Source: an uncultured Candidatus Bathyarchaeia archaeon
GTDB lineage: Archaea; Thermoproteota; Bathyarchaeia; EX4484-135; B24-G1
Direction of reading: 5' to 3'
NCBI GenBank assembly: GCA_964555905.1
Contig: CAZKUI010000003.1
Coordinates: forward strand, 1 to 36,618
Length of the DNA: 36,618 nucleotides
Made by a program: the position numbers and the translations under genes. Within the stretch, counting starts at the first letter, position 1; each line of letters starts with the position of its first letter. Shown here in pieces: positions 24,078 through 32,517 of the stretch. Under the pieces are notes generated by a model. That model was given only the letters and a program-made list of their open reading frames with translations, was not told the origin of the DNA and did not search any database.

Positions 24078-24872
24078 CTATTTATACACCGTTCTTAGCG
24101 TGTCCCTCCTCAGTCCCTGCCTTAGGCACTCGCAGGGAATCACGTCTTCGGGGTGGATATTCCCAAGGTTCACGTTTGGACCGAACTTCAGAATTAGGTA
24201 GACCTGCTGGTTCCTGAGGGGCGCCTCAAATATTAGGTCATCTACGTTTACGCTCTTCACAATTGCATCTAGCTTTGAGGCTCTCACCTCTCCACTTTCG
24301 TCGTATATGCCGGCTCCCTCCCCGCCATCCCCCGCCTTAACGACGACCTTAAAGACGCCCTCCCGAAGGTCCCTCTTAATGCCCTCCGCATACACCTCGC
24401 CGGTTAGGTCCCCCTCCCGCGGCTTCCTCATAACCTCCGAAACCACCTTAAATCCGTGCTCCCGCGCCGCCCTTATAGCGGCGAACCTCCGCTCATCGCT
24501 CATAGTTACCGTCTCATCAGAAACCTCAATCATCGAAAATCCAAGCTCCTCGGCCTCCTCCAAGAATTCATCCAGCGAATTCTGGGCTACGGCGATCTCG
24601 AAGGACGTGCCCCCGGGCATTACGTCGATCTCGTGCTCCCTGTAGAGCGCCACTTTCCTCTTTACTAGGTCTCTGTCTACGAGTCTTGACGTGGCGAACC
24701 CCAACTTAATGATGTCTATGTAATCCGCGGCTACTTCAACGAGGTCTTGGGCTGCCCTGAAACCCAAGCCCTCGTCTACAACCATAGTAATGCCCTTTTC
24801 CCTAGGTTTTTGCACAATTCTACCAGATAGGGGGATTGAAAACGCTCTTTCGAACGCCTTCATCCTCGGCAC
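24078..24872 (-). CDS. comA: (2R)-phospho-3-sulfolactate synthase (ComA family)
   Basis: KPREKGITMVVDEGLG, DYIDIIKLGFATS and EIDVMPGGT match the ComA family. GTG at 24872 or ATG at 24863. Minus-strand BRE/TATA CGAAAAACTTAAATT at plus 24897-24910. Confidence 0.8.
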   Translation of the reverse strand: MPRMKAFERAFSIPLSGRIVQKPREKGITMVVDEGLGFRAAQDLVEVAADYIDIIKLGFATSRLVDRDLVKRKVALYREHEIDVMPGGTSFEIAVAQNSLDEFLEEAEELGFSMIEVSDETVTMSDERRFAAIRAAREHGFKVVSEVMRKPREGDLTGEVYAEGIKRDLREGVFKVVVKAGDGGEGAGIYDESGEVRASKLDAIVKSVNVDDLIFEAPLRNQQVYLILKFGPNVNLGNIHPEDVIPCECLRQGLRRDTLRTVYK

Positions 24873-25029
24873 CTCTAGCTAGGTAAGAGGTTGTGAATTT
24901 AAGTTTTTCGGGTGGAGACTACAATAGCAAAATAGTAAATACTGCATTCCCGCTCCAATATGAGGTCGCAGCTAGAAGTTTTACATGCATAAGTTATTTT
25001 CTTGACCTTCAGGAGGCGAAAGAAATTAT

Positions 25030-25053
25030 GAATCCCGAATCTATTCGGAATTC
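25030..25053 (-). terminator. Near-perfect 11-bp-arm palindrome downstream of the DUF1028 gene (hairpin/terminator or operator)
   Basis: GAATCCCGAAT-ct-ATTCGGAATTC (1 mismatch), 47-70 nt after the stop at 25100, followed on the minus strand by TTTCTTTC. It lies in a 227-bp AT-rich spacer upstream of comA. Confidence 0.3.
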
Positions 25054-25099
25054 TCAGTGATGCGAGCGTCAGCACATAAATTTAACGTAATATTGCCAA

Positions 25100-25732
25100 T
25101 TAGATTATGGGGTGCCCGTCTTTATATTCGTCGAGTAGTCTCCTAAGCTCCTCAATTGGGTTTCGGCTCTCGTCTACGCTTAGGTCTATGGTGGGTAGGT
25201 GTGGGTGGGCCACCAGCAGGGCTGAGGAGACGGCTCCCCTCCTGTCCCCGCCGGCATCCTCACCCGCCTCTAATGCCCGAAGGAGCCTTTCAGCCAGCGG
25301 CATCTTCCTCGATTCCTCAAATGCATCCACCATGGCCTCCAACACCTCAGCCCCCCTAATCAGGTTCCCCAGGGCCACGTAATCCCTGCCTAGGATGTGG
25401 CCGCTCCAAGCGGGGGTCAGATTGCCGGTGTGGGCGGCCTTCCTCCCGTCTATATCCATAATGGCTACCTGACGGTACTCCCGGCCTGGATCCTCCCTCA
25501 GGAGTGTCCTGAGCACCTCATCCGGCTTTAATCCACGCCTGAGCAAGTCGATGCCTCTGATGCCGTACATCACCTCCGTGTAGCCTTGGGTGGCGATGGC
25601 GCCGACCCCCGCCTCTATGTGTGGAACCCTGCGCCGAACACCACTAGCCCCAGTAGCAACCGCGACGCCCAACGCTCCGCTCTTAGGGCACCGAGCAACC
25701 ATAGAGAAGGTTCCAGCCCCCATGCCCCTCAC
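25100..25732 (-). CDS. DUF1028-family Ntn-hydrolase-fold protein
   Basis: TFSMVARCPKSGALGVAVATGA...GVGAIATQG...RQVAIMDIDGRKAAHTG...LAERLLRALEAGEDAGGDRRGAVSSALLV follows the DUF1028 consensus, including the N-terminal Thr. Confidence 0.8.
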   Translation of the reverse strand: MRGMGAGTFSMVARCPKSGALGVAVATGASGVRRRVPHIEAGVGAIATQGYTEVMYGIRGIDLLRRGLKPDEVLRTLLREDPGREYRQVAIMDIDGRKAAHTGNLTPAWSGHILGRDYVALGNLIRGAEVLEAMVDAFEESRKMPLAERLLRALEAGEDAGGDRRGAVSSALLVAHPHLPTIDLSVDESRNPIEELRRLLDEYKDGHPII

Positions 25733-25755
25733 GTACCACAGGAACCTCCAGATAT

Positions 25756-26322
25756 TTATTCCTCGTGTTTCATGAGTAGGTCTACTAGGGCTTTCTGGTC
25801 CACCTCAGCCCACGTCCTCCAGTCTAGGTATAGGTTCCCCTGCTCATCCTCGCCTAGGTAGCCCGCCCTTATGTACCTCATTAGGCCGGCCTTCACCCTC
25901 CAACCCGGCAGCTTCTCCTCGAGTAGCGCCTCAACCTCCTTCCTCGGCGCCTTTCCACCCCTCGCGGTGATGAATAGTATGGACGCCGCTAGCCCCGCTA
26001 GGTCGTCTATGCGCCAGCCGCAGTACTTGGCCTCGGTGGGGGTTAGGGTTCCCCTGAGGGTGATGTAGAAGCGGCTTTTCTTCCCGCCCTCCACGCTGGG
26101 CTCCTCCACCTCCCTCACGCGTAAATCCAACTCCCTAAGCTGCCTATCAAGTATTTCTAGGGCCTTCCTGTAGTCCGGGCCGAGGGCCCTCTTCAACTCG
26201 CTGGCTGAGGCGCCGGGCTTCCTGTGGCGTTTGAAGAAGAGCAGGTGGGCTGCCCTCCGCGCCTTCCTAACGTAGACGCCCCTACGGCTTACCCTCGGCA
26301 ACCCTCCGCCTCCACTCCTCAA
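25756..26322 (-). CDS. ScpB-like tandem winged-helix protein (tentative)
   Basis: Two winged-helix-like halves (AAHLLFFKRHRKPGASASELKRAL...FYITLRG and LAASILFITARGGKAPRKEVEALL...YIRAGYLGEDEQGNLYLD). TTG starts at 26322 or 26301 overlap the upstream ScpA-like stop (26282). Confidence 0.5.
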   Translation of the reverse strand: MRSGGGGLPRVSRRGVYVRKARRAAHLLFFKRHRKPGASASELKRALGPDYRKALEILDRQLRELDLRVREVEEPSVEGGKKSRFYITLRGTLTPTEAKYCGWRIDDLAGLAASILFITARGGKAPRKEVEALLEEKLPGWRVKAGLMRYIRAGYLGEDEQGNLYLDWRTWAEVDQKALVDLLMKHEE

Positions 26323-27064
26323 AGCTTATGGGTATGGGGATGGATACCGTGCATCCACCCTCCACACGCGGCCTAGGCTTTCTTAACGCCCTCAGCTGCA
26401 TCCTCTCCTCTAGGGGGTAGACCTCCAACTTCGCATAGCCGTATGTTATTAGGAAGCTGGTGATGTACGCCCTTCGTATGGTTTTCTCGTATGTTTCAGC
26501 CACCACGAAGTCCCAGTAGTCTATCGGCTTATCCCCCGCCCTCTCCTTAAGCTCCGCCCAGAGCGCCTCCAGCTCCTCCTCAAAGTCCTCGGTTAATACC
26601 CTAAACTCCCCAGCCTCCGCGGCTGCCTCCGCCTCTTCCCGCCTCCACCTCTCGCTTAGTGGGGCTAGGCCTCCCCAGTACCGCAGGGCAACCTCTAGGC
26701 TGTGGGGCGTTATCTGCTCCAGCTCAACCACCGGACGCCAAACCTCTAGGAACATCTCGGCTAGAGCCTCCCTGCCGAGCCTCCTTAATTTGTCGATGAG
26801 GAGGAAGGGGTCCCTGTAGAGTGTGGTGGACCTGCTCTTCACCCAGTCCCCCTGACGTTTGACGATGGATGAGACTCCGTCCACCGCCTCCACGTCCAAG
26901 CATAGCTCCTCGGGGTTCTTCAGTTCGGGGAAGATTTCCCTGAGCGTGGATAGTAGGCTCCCCACGTCTACGGAGAACGGGTCTACTCCCTCCTCCACCG
27001 CCCTGCAGAGGTTGATTACGCGGCGGAGCCTCTCCAGCCTCCTAGACGGCAACCCCCGCCACAC
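26282..27064 (-). CDS. ScpA-like kleisin (tentative, divergent)
   Basis: The N-terminal GVDPFSVDVGSLLSTLREIF and C-terminal winged-helix-like RRAYITSFLITYGYAKLEVYPLEERMQL resemble the two ScpA ends, with an acidic linker between. GTG start about 26 nt downstream of the minus-strand AAGTTTATAGG. Confidence 0.5.
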   Translation of the reverse strand: MWRGLPSRRLERLRRVINLCRAVEEGVDPFSVDVGSLLSTLREIFPELKNPEELCLDVEAVDGVSSIVKRQGDWVKSRSTTLYRDPFLLIDKLRRLGREALAEMFLEVWRPVVELEQITPHSLEVALRYWGGLAPLSERWRREEAEAAAEAGEFRVLTEDFEEELEALWAELKERAGDKPIDYWDFVVAETYEKTIRRAYITSFLITYGYAKLEVYPLEERMQLRALRKPRPRVEGGCTVSIPIPISFEEWRRRVAEGKP

Positions 27065-27087
27065 TCAAGTCCAACCATAACGCCGAG

Positions 27088-27132
27088 CCTATAAACTTTG
27101 CCAACGGCGGCATTCAAGGAAATTTATATATA
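27088..27132. promoter_or_regulatory. Back-to-back divergent TATA boxes (ScpA-like gene and decarboxylase operon)
   Basis: CCTATAAACTT (27088-27098, read on the minus strand) and AATTTATATATA (27121-27132, plus strand). Each lies about 25-30 nt from its start codon (GTG 27064, TTG 27159). Confidence 0.45.
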
Positions 27133-27158
27133 CCAAGGTTTACGTAAGTAAAACCAAG

Positions 27159-27425
27159 TTGACGCCGATAGAATTCGGCATTACACTGAGCATAATAGGG
27201 GTTGCCTGCGTCTTCTCAGCCCTCGCTGTGATAGCAATTCTATGCGAGGCGCTAAAATGGAAGTTTAAGGTGGAGGTGCCGAAAAAAGCGGTTGGGCAGC
27301 CCCCATCAGAGGATTTGCTGAAGACGGTGGCGGTTACAGCCGCCGTCATGGCTTATATGACCTCCACGCAACCTAGATTAGTTAAGGCGACGAGTGAGGT
27401 GAGCGGGAGTGAAGAGGAGGTTTAG
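27159..27425 (+). CDS. OadG-like small membrane subunit of a Na+-translocating decarboxylase
   Basis: 88 aa with a single N-terminal TM showing the OadG pattern (ITLSIIGVACVFSALAVIAILCEAL). First gene of the operon. Confidence 0.55.
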   Translation: MTPIEFGITLSIIGVACVFSALAVIAILCEALKWKFKVEVPKKAVGQPPSEDLLKTVAVTAAVMAYMTSTQPRLVKATSEVSGSEEEV

Positions 27426-27792
27426 AGTTACCGTTGCTGGTAGAACCTTCGAGGTTGAGGTGGAGGAAATCGGTGGGGGGGAGGTCGCCGAGGCTGCTCC
27501 CAGCGCCCCAGCTGCGCCCACGCCTCAGGCGGCACCTGCACCCCGCGCTGAGGAGGCGCCACCCGAGGTGGAGGTGGCTGGAGAGGCGGTGGTGGCGCCC
27601 CTGCCGGGGACTGTTAAGTCCATAATGGTTCGGGAGAACGACGTTGTGAACGCTGGGGACGTCCTTCTCGTACTAGAGACCATGAAGATGGAGAACGAGA
27701 TATACGCCCCAAAGTCCGGCGTGGTCAGGAAGGTCGCCGTGAGGGAGAATCAGGATGTGAACTATGGAGACGTTCTGGTGATAATCGGCTAA
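27409..27792 (+). CDS. Biotin carboxyl carrier protein subunit (biotinyl domain)
   Basis: Ala/Pro-rich linker, then a biotinyl domain with the attachment motif LETMKMENEI. The GTG start overlaps the OadG-like end. Confidence 0.85.
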   Translation: MKRRFRVTVAGRTFEVEVEEIGGGEVAEAAPSAPAAPTPQAAPAPRAEEAPPEVEVAGEAVVAPLPGTVKSIMVRENDVVNAGDVLLVLETMKMENEIYAPKSGVVRKVAVRENQDVNYGDVLVIIG

Positions 27793-27815
27793 AACTGAAA
27801 AAAGGGTGATGGCGG

Positions 27816-28910
27816 ATGAACCCGATACTCGGCAACGCAATAATGATAGGGGTCGGCGCCCTCCTCATATACCTGGGAATCGTCAAGAAGTACGAGCCAC
27901 TTCTACTGGTTCCCATGGGATTCGGCGCGATATTAGTTAACATTCCATACTCGGGGCTCATGGAGCCGGGGGGCTTAATGCGAGTCATCTACGACCTGGG
28001 CATAGAGAGCGAGCTTTTCCCGTGTCTACTATTCGTGGGGATAGGGGCTATGTGCGACTTTGGAACCCTGCTGGAGAGGCCTTGGCTTCTCATATTCGCG
28101 GCGGCGGGTCAGCTGGGTATATTCATCGCGTTGATGGCCGCCCTGCTCCTCGGTTTCAGCCCGCTTGAGGCGTGCTGCATCGGGATAATAGGCGCCATGG
28201 ATGGGCCCACAGCCATCTACATCACATCCAAGTACGCCCCGCACCTCCTAGGCGCCGTCAGCGTCTGCGCATACTCCTACATGTCGTGCGTGCCCGTGAT
28301 TCAGGTTCCGCTCTCTCGGATACTCACGACGAGGAGTGAGCGGCTTATCAGGATGAGGTACGAGCCAGCCGCCTACCCGAAGGTTGTGAGAATCCTATTT
28401 CCGATTATGGTGACGCTGGTGGCCTGCCTGCTCGCCCCACTCGGCACACCCCTGATGGGGAGCTTGATGCTTGGGAACCTGCTGAAGGAGAGCGGGGTTA
28501 CGGATAGGCTCTCAAAGACCGCGTCTGAGGCGCTAAACGACATCATCACGCTGCTCCTCGCGTTCACCATAGGCGGAACCATGGAGGCTGGGCGGTTCTT
28601 AACGCTGAAGACGCTGATAGTGTTCGGGCTGGGGTTGGTGGCGTTCGTTTCAGCCATATCCTGCGGCATACTCTTCGCGAAGGCGGTGGCGTTCGTGACG
28701 AGGGGGAAGGTGAACCCCCTGCTCGGGGCGTGCGGCGTCTCAGCCTTCCCCATGGCGGCGAGGACCAGCCACATGATAGCGAGGGAGGAAGACCCGGATA
28801 ACTGGCTGCTGATGCACGCAATAGCGACCAACAGCGGCGGGCAGATAGGCTCCGTGGTCGCTGGTGGCGTAATTTTAACCTTCGCCCCCCGTCTACTCGG
28901 ACTAACTTAG
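27816..28910 (+). CDS. Na+-transporting decarboxylase beta subunit (OadB/MmdB/GcdB family)
   Basis: 364-aa polytopic protein with family-typical segments IIGAMDGPTAIY, GACGVSAFPMAAR and NSGGQIGSVVAGG. Confidence 0.9.
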   Translation: MNPILGNAIMIGVGALLIYLGIVKKYEPLLLVPMGFGAILVNIPYSGLMEPGGLMRVIYDLGIESELFPCLLFVGIGAMCDFGTLLERPWLLIFAAAGQLGIFIALMAALLLGFSPLEACCIGIIGAMDGPTAIYITSKYAPHLLGAVSVCAYSYMSCVPVIQVPLSRILTTRSERLIRMRYEPAAYPKVVRILFPIMVTLVACLLAPLGTPLMGSLMLGNLLKESGVTDRLSKTASEALNDIITLLLAFTIGGTMEAGRFLTLKTLIVFGLGLVAFVSAISCGILFAKAVAFVTRGKVNPLLGACGVSAFPMAARTSHMIAREEDPDNWLLMHAIATNSGGQIGSVVAGGVILTFAPRLLGLT

Positions 28911-29474
28911 CTAAAACTTGCGCCATCGGATTCTCGGAAGCGAGGAGCGCACCTTAAGGCCCACGTACGCGGCGAGAACCGCTTTTAAGATATCACCCGG
29001 TATGAATGGCAGAACTCCGAGCGACAACGCGGCGGTGAGGTCGTTAACCCAGTGGGTTAGCTGGAGGACTCCTAATCCATAGATCAGTGTTGTGCCGATG
29101 AGCGCCCCAGCGAGAATCCGCCTGAAATCGCCGTCTCCGCCAATCTCGGCGACCTTCCCAGCGACGAAGGAAGCTGGGGGGAAAGCCATTAAGTACCCCC
29201 CGGTTGGGCCGAGTAGCACGCCCACTCCGGCTCTTCCACCAGCGAAGACCGGAAGTCCAGCGGCTCCCATGGCTAGGTAGAGGAGCTGGCTTAGGGCGCC
29301 TAGGGAACCTCCTAGGAGTATCCCGGATAGGTATACGAAGAGGGTTTGGAGGGTGATGGGGACCGGGTAGAGGGGAATCTGGATGTACGCCCCAACGGCG
29401 GTTAAGGCTGCGAAGGGAGCGGTGAGCGCAACCCTCGTAGCCTTAACCCCCAAATTCGTGGGCCTCCCGGACAA
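28911..29474 (-). CDS. bioY: BioY biotin transporter S-component
   Basis: [17 protein letters not shown]...[27 protein letters not shown] matches BioY. TTG start with minus-strand CTTTTATC about 25 nt upstream. Its stop abuts the oadB-like stop (TAG|CTA). Confidence 0.85.
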   Translation of the reverse strand: MSGRPTNLGVKATRVALTAPFAALTAVGAYIQIPLYPVPITLQTLFVYLSGILLGGSLGALSQLLYLAMGAAGLPVFAGGRAGVGVLLGPTGGYLMAFPPASFVAGKVAEIGGDGDFRRILAGALIGTTLIYGLGVLQLTHWVNDLTAALSLGVLPFIPGDILKAVLAAYVGLKVRSSLPRIRWRKF

Positions 29475-29530
29475 GGGGTTCGCGTGGGAGGGCGATAAAA
29501 GTTACTTCGGCGTCCATACCCGTCTACGTA

Positions 29531-29540
29531 AACTATATAC
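29531..29540 (+). promoter_or_regulatory. TATA box candidate for rps27ae-kae1
   Basis: AACTATATAC centred about 37 nt upstream of ATG 29573. Confidence 0.45.
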
Positions 29541-29572
29541 TTGGGGTTACGCGTAGTCTACGGAGACGGCGT

Positions 29573-29788
29573 ATGTCAGAGGGCGAGGAGAAGAAGAAAA
29601 GAGAAAGCGGGGTGTGGACCTACTACAAAATTGAGGGAGGTAAGCTAATTCGGAGGCTCCCCTTCTGCGAGAGGTGCGGCCCAGGCCGGTTCATGGCGGA
29701 CCACGGCGACCGATACGTCTGCGGTTACTGCGGTTACACTATATACAAGAGGGCGGGTGAGGGCTCAGGTGGGGAGTCCCGGAAGTGA
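29573..29788 (+). CDS. rps27ae: Ribosomal protein S27ae (eS31)
   Basis: 71 aa with zinc ribbon [23 protein letters not shown]. Confidence 0.9.
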   Translation: MSEGEEKKKRESGVWTYYKIEGGKLIRRLPFCERCGPGRFMADHGDRYVCGYCGYTIYKRAGEGSGGESRK

Positions 29789-30821
29789 ATTTTACTGCCT
29801 TGGGATAGAGTCCACCGCCGACGACTTCAGCGTGGGTGTTGCATCCTCCACCGGGGAGATACTCGCCAACGTCATCAGCGGCTACATACCGGAGGAGGGT
29901 GGGATACACCCAAGGGAGGCGGCTCGGCACCACGTTGAGGTTGCCGGCGAGGTGATTAGGGAGGCGTTCTCAAGGTCCGGCGTCAGGCCAAGGGACATAT
30001 CCGTCATCGCCTTCTCCCAGGGCCCCGGGCTTGGTCCCTGTCTACGGACCGGCGCCACGGTTGCTAGGGCGTTGGCGCACTACCTGCGTGTGCCGCTGGT
30101 CGGCGTGAACCACTGCGTTGCGCACGTGGAGATCGGCAGGCTCGTGTGCGGCGTGGACGACCCCCTCACCGTCTACGTCTCAGGCGGGAACACGATAGTC
30201 ACCTCCTATGAGGGTGGGCGTTACCGCATCTTCGGGGAGACCCTAGACATCGCCCTCGGAAACTGCCTAGACGTGTTCGCTAGGAGGGCGGGCCTGAAGC
30301 AGGCGCCGGGTAGACCCTTCGGGGCGCTCGTGGAGGAGCTCGCCGCAAAGGGCGGCGAGTTCATACCCCTGCCATACACCGTGAAGGGCATGGACCTATC
30401 CTTCAGTGGCCTGCTTACAGCCGCCACAAACGCCCTAAAAAGTGGGAGGTACCGCTTGGAGGACCTGTGCTACAGCCTTCAGGAGGTGGCGTTCTCCATG
30501 CTCACTGAGGTGACTGAAAGGGCCCTGGCGCATACCGAGAAGGATGCCGTTCTCCTCACGGGAGGGGTTGCCGCTAATAAGCGCCTACAATCCATGCTGA
30601 GGACCATGGCGGAGGACCATGGAGCCCAATTTCACGTGGTTCCGAAGCAGTACGCCCTAGACAACGGGGCTATGATTGCTTGGACGGGCGTCCTCGCGTA
30701 CAAGTGTGGGTTAACAATCCCCATAGAGGAGAGCCACGTGAAGCTTAGGTGGAGGCTGGACGAGGCGCCCGTCCCGTGGGTTAGGAAGGTAGACGCCGAC
30801 TTAATCGCCAAACCGGGATAG
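29757..30821 (+). CDS. kae1: Kae1, tRNA N6-adenosine threonylcarbamoyltransferase (KEOPS catalytic subunit), not fused to Bud32
   Basis: LGIESTADD, metal-binding [34 protein letters not shown] start at 29757 or 29769 overlaps the rps27ae end. Confidence 0.9.
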   Translation: MRAQVGSPGSEFYCLGIESTADDFSVGVASSTGEILANVISGYIPEEGGIHPREAARHHVEVAGEVIREAFSRSGVRPRDISVIAFSQGPGLGPCLRTGATVARALAHYLRVPLVGVNHCVAHVEIGRLVCGVDDPLTVYVSGGNTIVTSYEGGRYRIFGETLDIALGNCLDVFARRAGLKQAPGRPFGALVEELAAKGGEFIPLPYTVKGMDLSFSGLLTAATNALKSGRYRLEDLCYSLQEVAFSMLTEVTERALAHTEKDAVLLTGGVAANKRLQSMLRTMAEDHGAQFHVVPKQYALDNGAMIAWTGVLAYKCGLTIPIEESHVKLRWRLDEAPVPWVRKVDADLIAKPG

Positions 30822-31889
30822 GACGCCCTCAGCCTCTAGGCTCGCGACGATCGCCTCCACAGCCGCTGGTATGGTATGCTCGGTGGCGAACGTCACCCCG
30901 GGGCACAGGTCTACAACAACCGTGGCGAATCTAAAAACGCCCTTTGGAACACCCTCGCGGGCGCCAGCCAAGACGTTCACCCTCCCACCCCAGAGGAATG
31001 CATCCGCGATCTCCCTGAACGCCTTCCCCACGGGGATGCCCGTTGGGTCCGTGACCATGATCGGCTCTCCACGCCGCTCCCTCACGAGCTGGTATAAATT
31101 GTAAAGCCGTATGGGAACCCTACGGACATCCCTGGCGTACGTCCTGCGTTGAACCCGGAGCCTCGCATCGCGCCCCTCCGCCAAGCCCTTAAGGAACCCC
31201 AGCAGTTCATCCATGTCTACGGGCCTGTATGGCGCGACGACTAGCTCGCCGAGTTCGAATGCTTGGGCAGCCCTGCCGATTCTAACCCCCATCCGGTTGG
31301 AGCCCTCCCCGAGGTATGGAAGCTGGATGAATGATATTCTACGCAGGAAGTGCAGAACCGGGTGCTTCCCTGGCCATAGCTTCCTCCTCACGGCTTTTCC
31401 GGGCGTAACCGCTATGTAGGCCCTCTCCCCGATGATCTCCACCCACAGTATCTTATCTGGGTTCGTGAGGTCTACGTCGGCGCCGGTGGCATCCTGTACG
31501 GCGGCGCCGGCGCGGATGTTCACATCCACGCTGGTGAAGCTGTGGCTCCCCCTCCTCGTCGTCCTCACAGCGAATGTTTCCCCCGCGGAGAACTTCTCCC
31601 TAGCAACGCTGGCCGCGGCGGCTGCGATCGCTTCTAACTCCGCATCAACCTCCTTGAGGATGAGATACGCGTACTCCACCTCTGGAACCTCCCCGTAAAT
31701 CCTTTTGAGGGCGGCCTCCGGGCTCTCCAATCCATCAATGGCCACTAGGCCCAGAAAACCGCCCGGCCTTGGGATTACGTCTCCACCGACTGCCTCCCGG
31801 ATTCTGGCCGCGGCCACCTCCTCAAGTCCCCTAGGCGTCTTCGCTAAAATCTGCATGAGGCGTCTCTCCCCCGTGAAATGGTGGTGCAC
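30801..31889 (-). CDS. THUMP-domain protein fused to a SPOUT-like (trefoil-knot) putative RNA methyltransferase domain
   Basis: N-terminal THUMP pattern (ETFAVRTTRRGSHSFTSVDVNIRAGAAV...VDLTNPDKILWVEIIGERAYIAV). The C-terminus (VNVLAGAREGVPKGVFRFATVVVDLCPGVTFATEHTIPAAVEAIV) resembles SPOUT motifs 2-3. The last 21 nt overlap the kae1 3' end convergently. Confidence 0.55.
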   Translation of the reverse strand: MHHHFTGERRLMQILAKTPRGLEEVAAARIREAVGGDVIPRPGGFLGLVAIDGLESPEAALKRIYGEVPEVEYAYLILKEVDAELEAIAAAAASVAREKFSAGETFAVRTTRRGSHSFTSVDVNIRAGAAVQDATGADVDLTNPDKILWVEIIGERAYIAVTPGKAVRRKLWPGKHPVLHFLRRISFIQLPYLGEGSNRMGVRIGRAAQAFELGELVVAPYRPVDMDELLGFLKGLAEGRDARLRVQRRTYARDVRRVPIRLYNLYQLVRERRGEPIMVTDPTGIPVGKAFREIADAFLWGGRVNVLAGAREGVPKGVFRFATVVVDLCPGVTFATEHTIPAAVEAIVASLEAEGVLSRFGD

Positions 31890-31895
31890 GCGGAT

Positions 31896-32516
31896 TTAAT
31901 CCATCTCCTCCGCGGGTTTGGATAGGAGCTTTGATTTTATGAGGCCCACGTGGCGTAGGGGGGATATTACCTTAGCCCTGTTGTAGATGTCGGATGCAAC
32001 CTTACCGAGAACGGCCTCCTGAACGAACTGGGCGAAGGTGAGGGACTTAGCCTTCTCCTCGAGAACCTCCCTCATGATGGCTCGGATGGCCCTCTCTTGG
32101 GATGTCTTTATGCGCGTGAGGGTGAACGCGGCGGCGGTCACCCTAAGCGTGTAGCCGTCCTTCGTCGTGACATCGAATATACCAGTTACCTTCGTGGTTC
32201 TCCGCCTCACGAGGCTTCGGAGGAAGTCCCTTGAGTATTCATGCCCCTTGAATATGGTCTTCGCCCTGTTCCCCTCGACGTCTACGATTTGGAAGTACAG
32301 CTTTATGGTTTGGTGGGAGAAGTCGTCCGTTATGTCGTACAGGGTTGACTCCATCACCCTCCCCACGAGCTTCTCAGGGCTGTCGCACGGCACCAAGTTC
32401 AGCTCCTTCTCCGCCCCTAGGTAGGGCGGGGAGAGCACCATGAACCACCGCTTACGCCTCCACCTATCTCTAGCGGCGCGCCTCTCCCTGCGAGCGGCCC
32501 TATCCCTGCGGGACAT
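31896..32516 (-). CDS. rps3ae: Ribosomal protein S3Ae (eS1)
   Basis: Basic N-terminus then KRWFMVLSPPYLG...IFKGHEYSRDFLRSLVRRR. ATG 32516 lies 1 nt after the SerRS stop (TAGGATG). The ORF is also open to GTG 32525. Confidence 0.9.
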   Translation of the reverse strand: MSRRDRAARRERRAARDRWRRKRWFMVLSPPYLGAEKELNLVPCDSPEKLVGRVMESTLYDITDDFSHQTIKLYFQIVDVEGNRAKTIFKGHEYSRDFLRSLVRRRTTKVTGIFDVTTKDGYTLRVTAAAFTLTRIKTSQERAIRAIMREVLEEKAKSLTFAQFVQEAVLGKVASDIYNRAKVISPLRHVGLIKSKLLSKPAEEMD

Positions 32517-32517
32517 C

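Noticed and set aside
27434-27625. 63-aa alternate-frame ORF inside the BCCP gene
   Set aside because: It covers the Ala/Pro-rich linker of the biotin carrier, where all frames are open. No independent signal.
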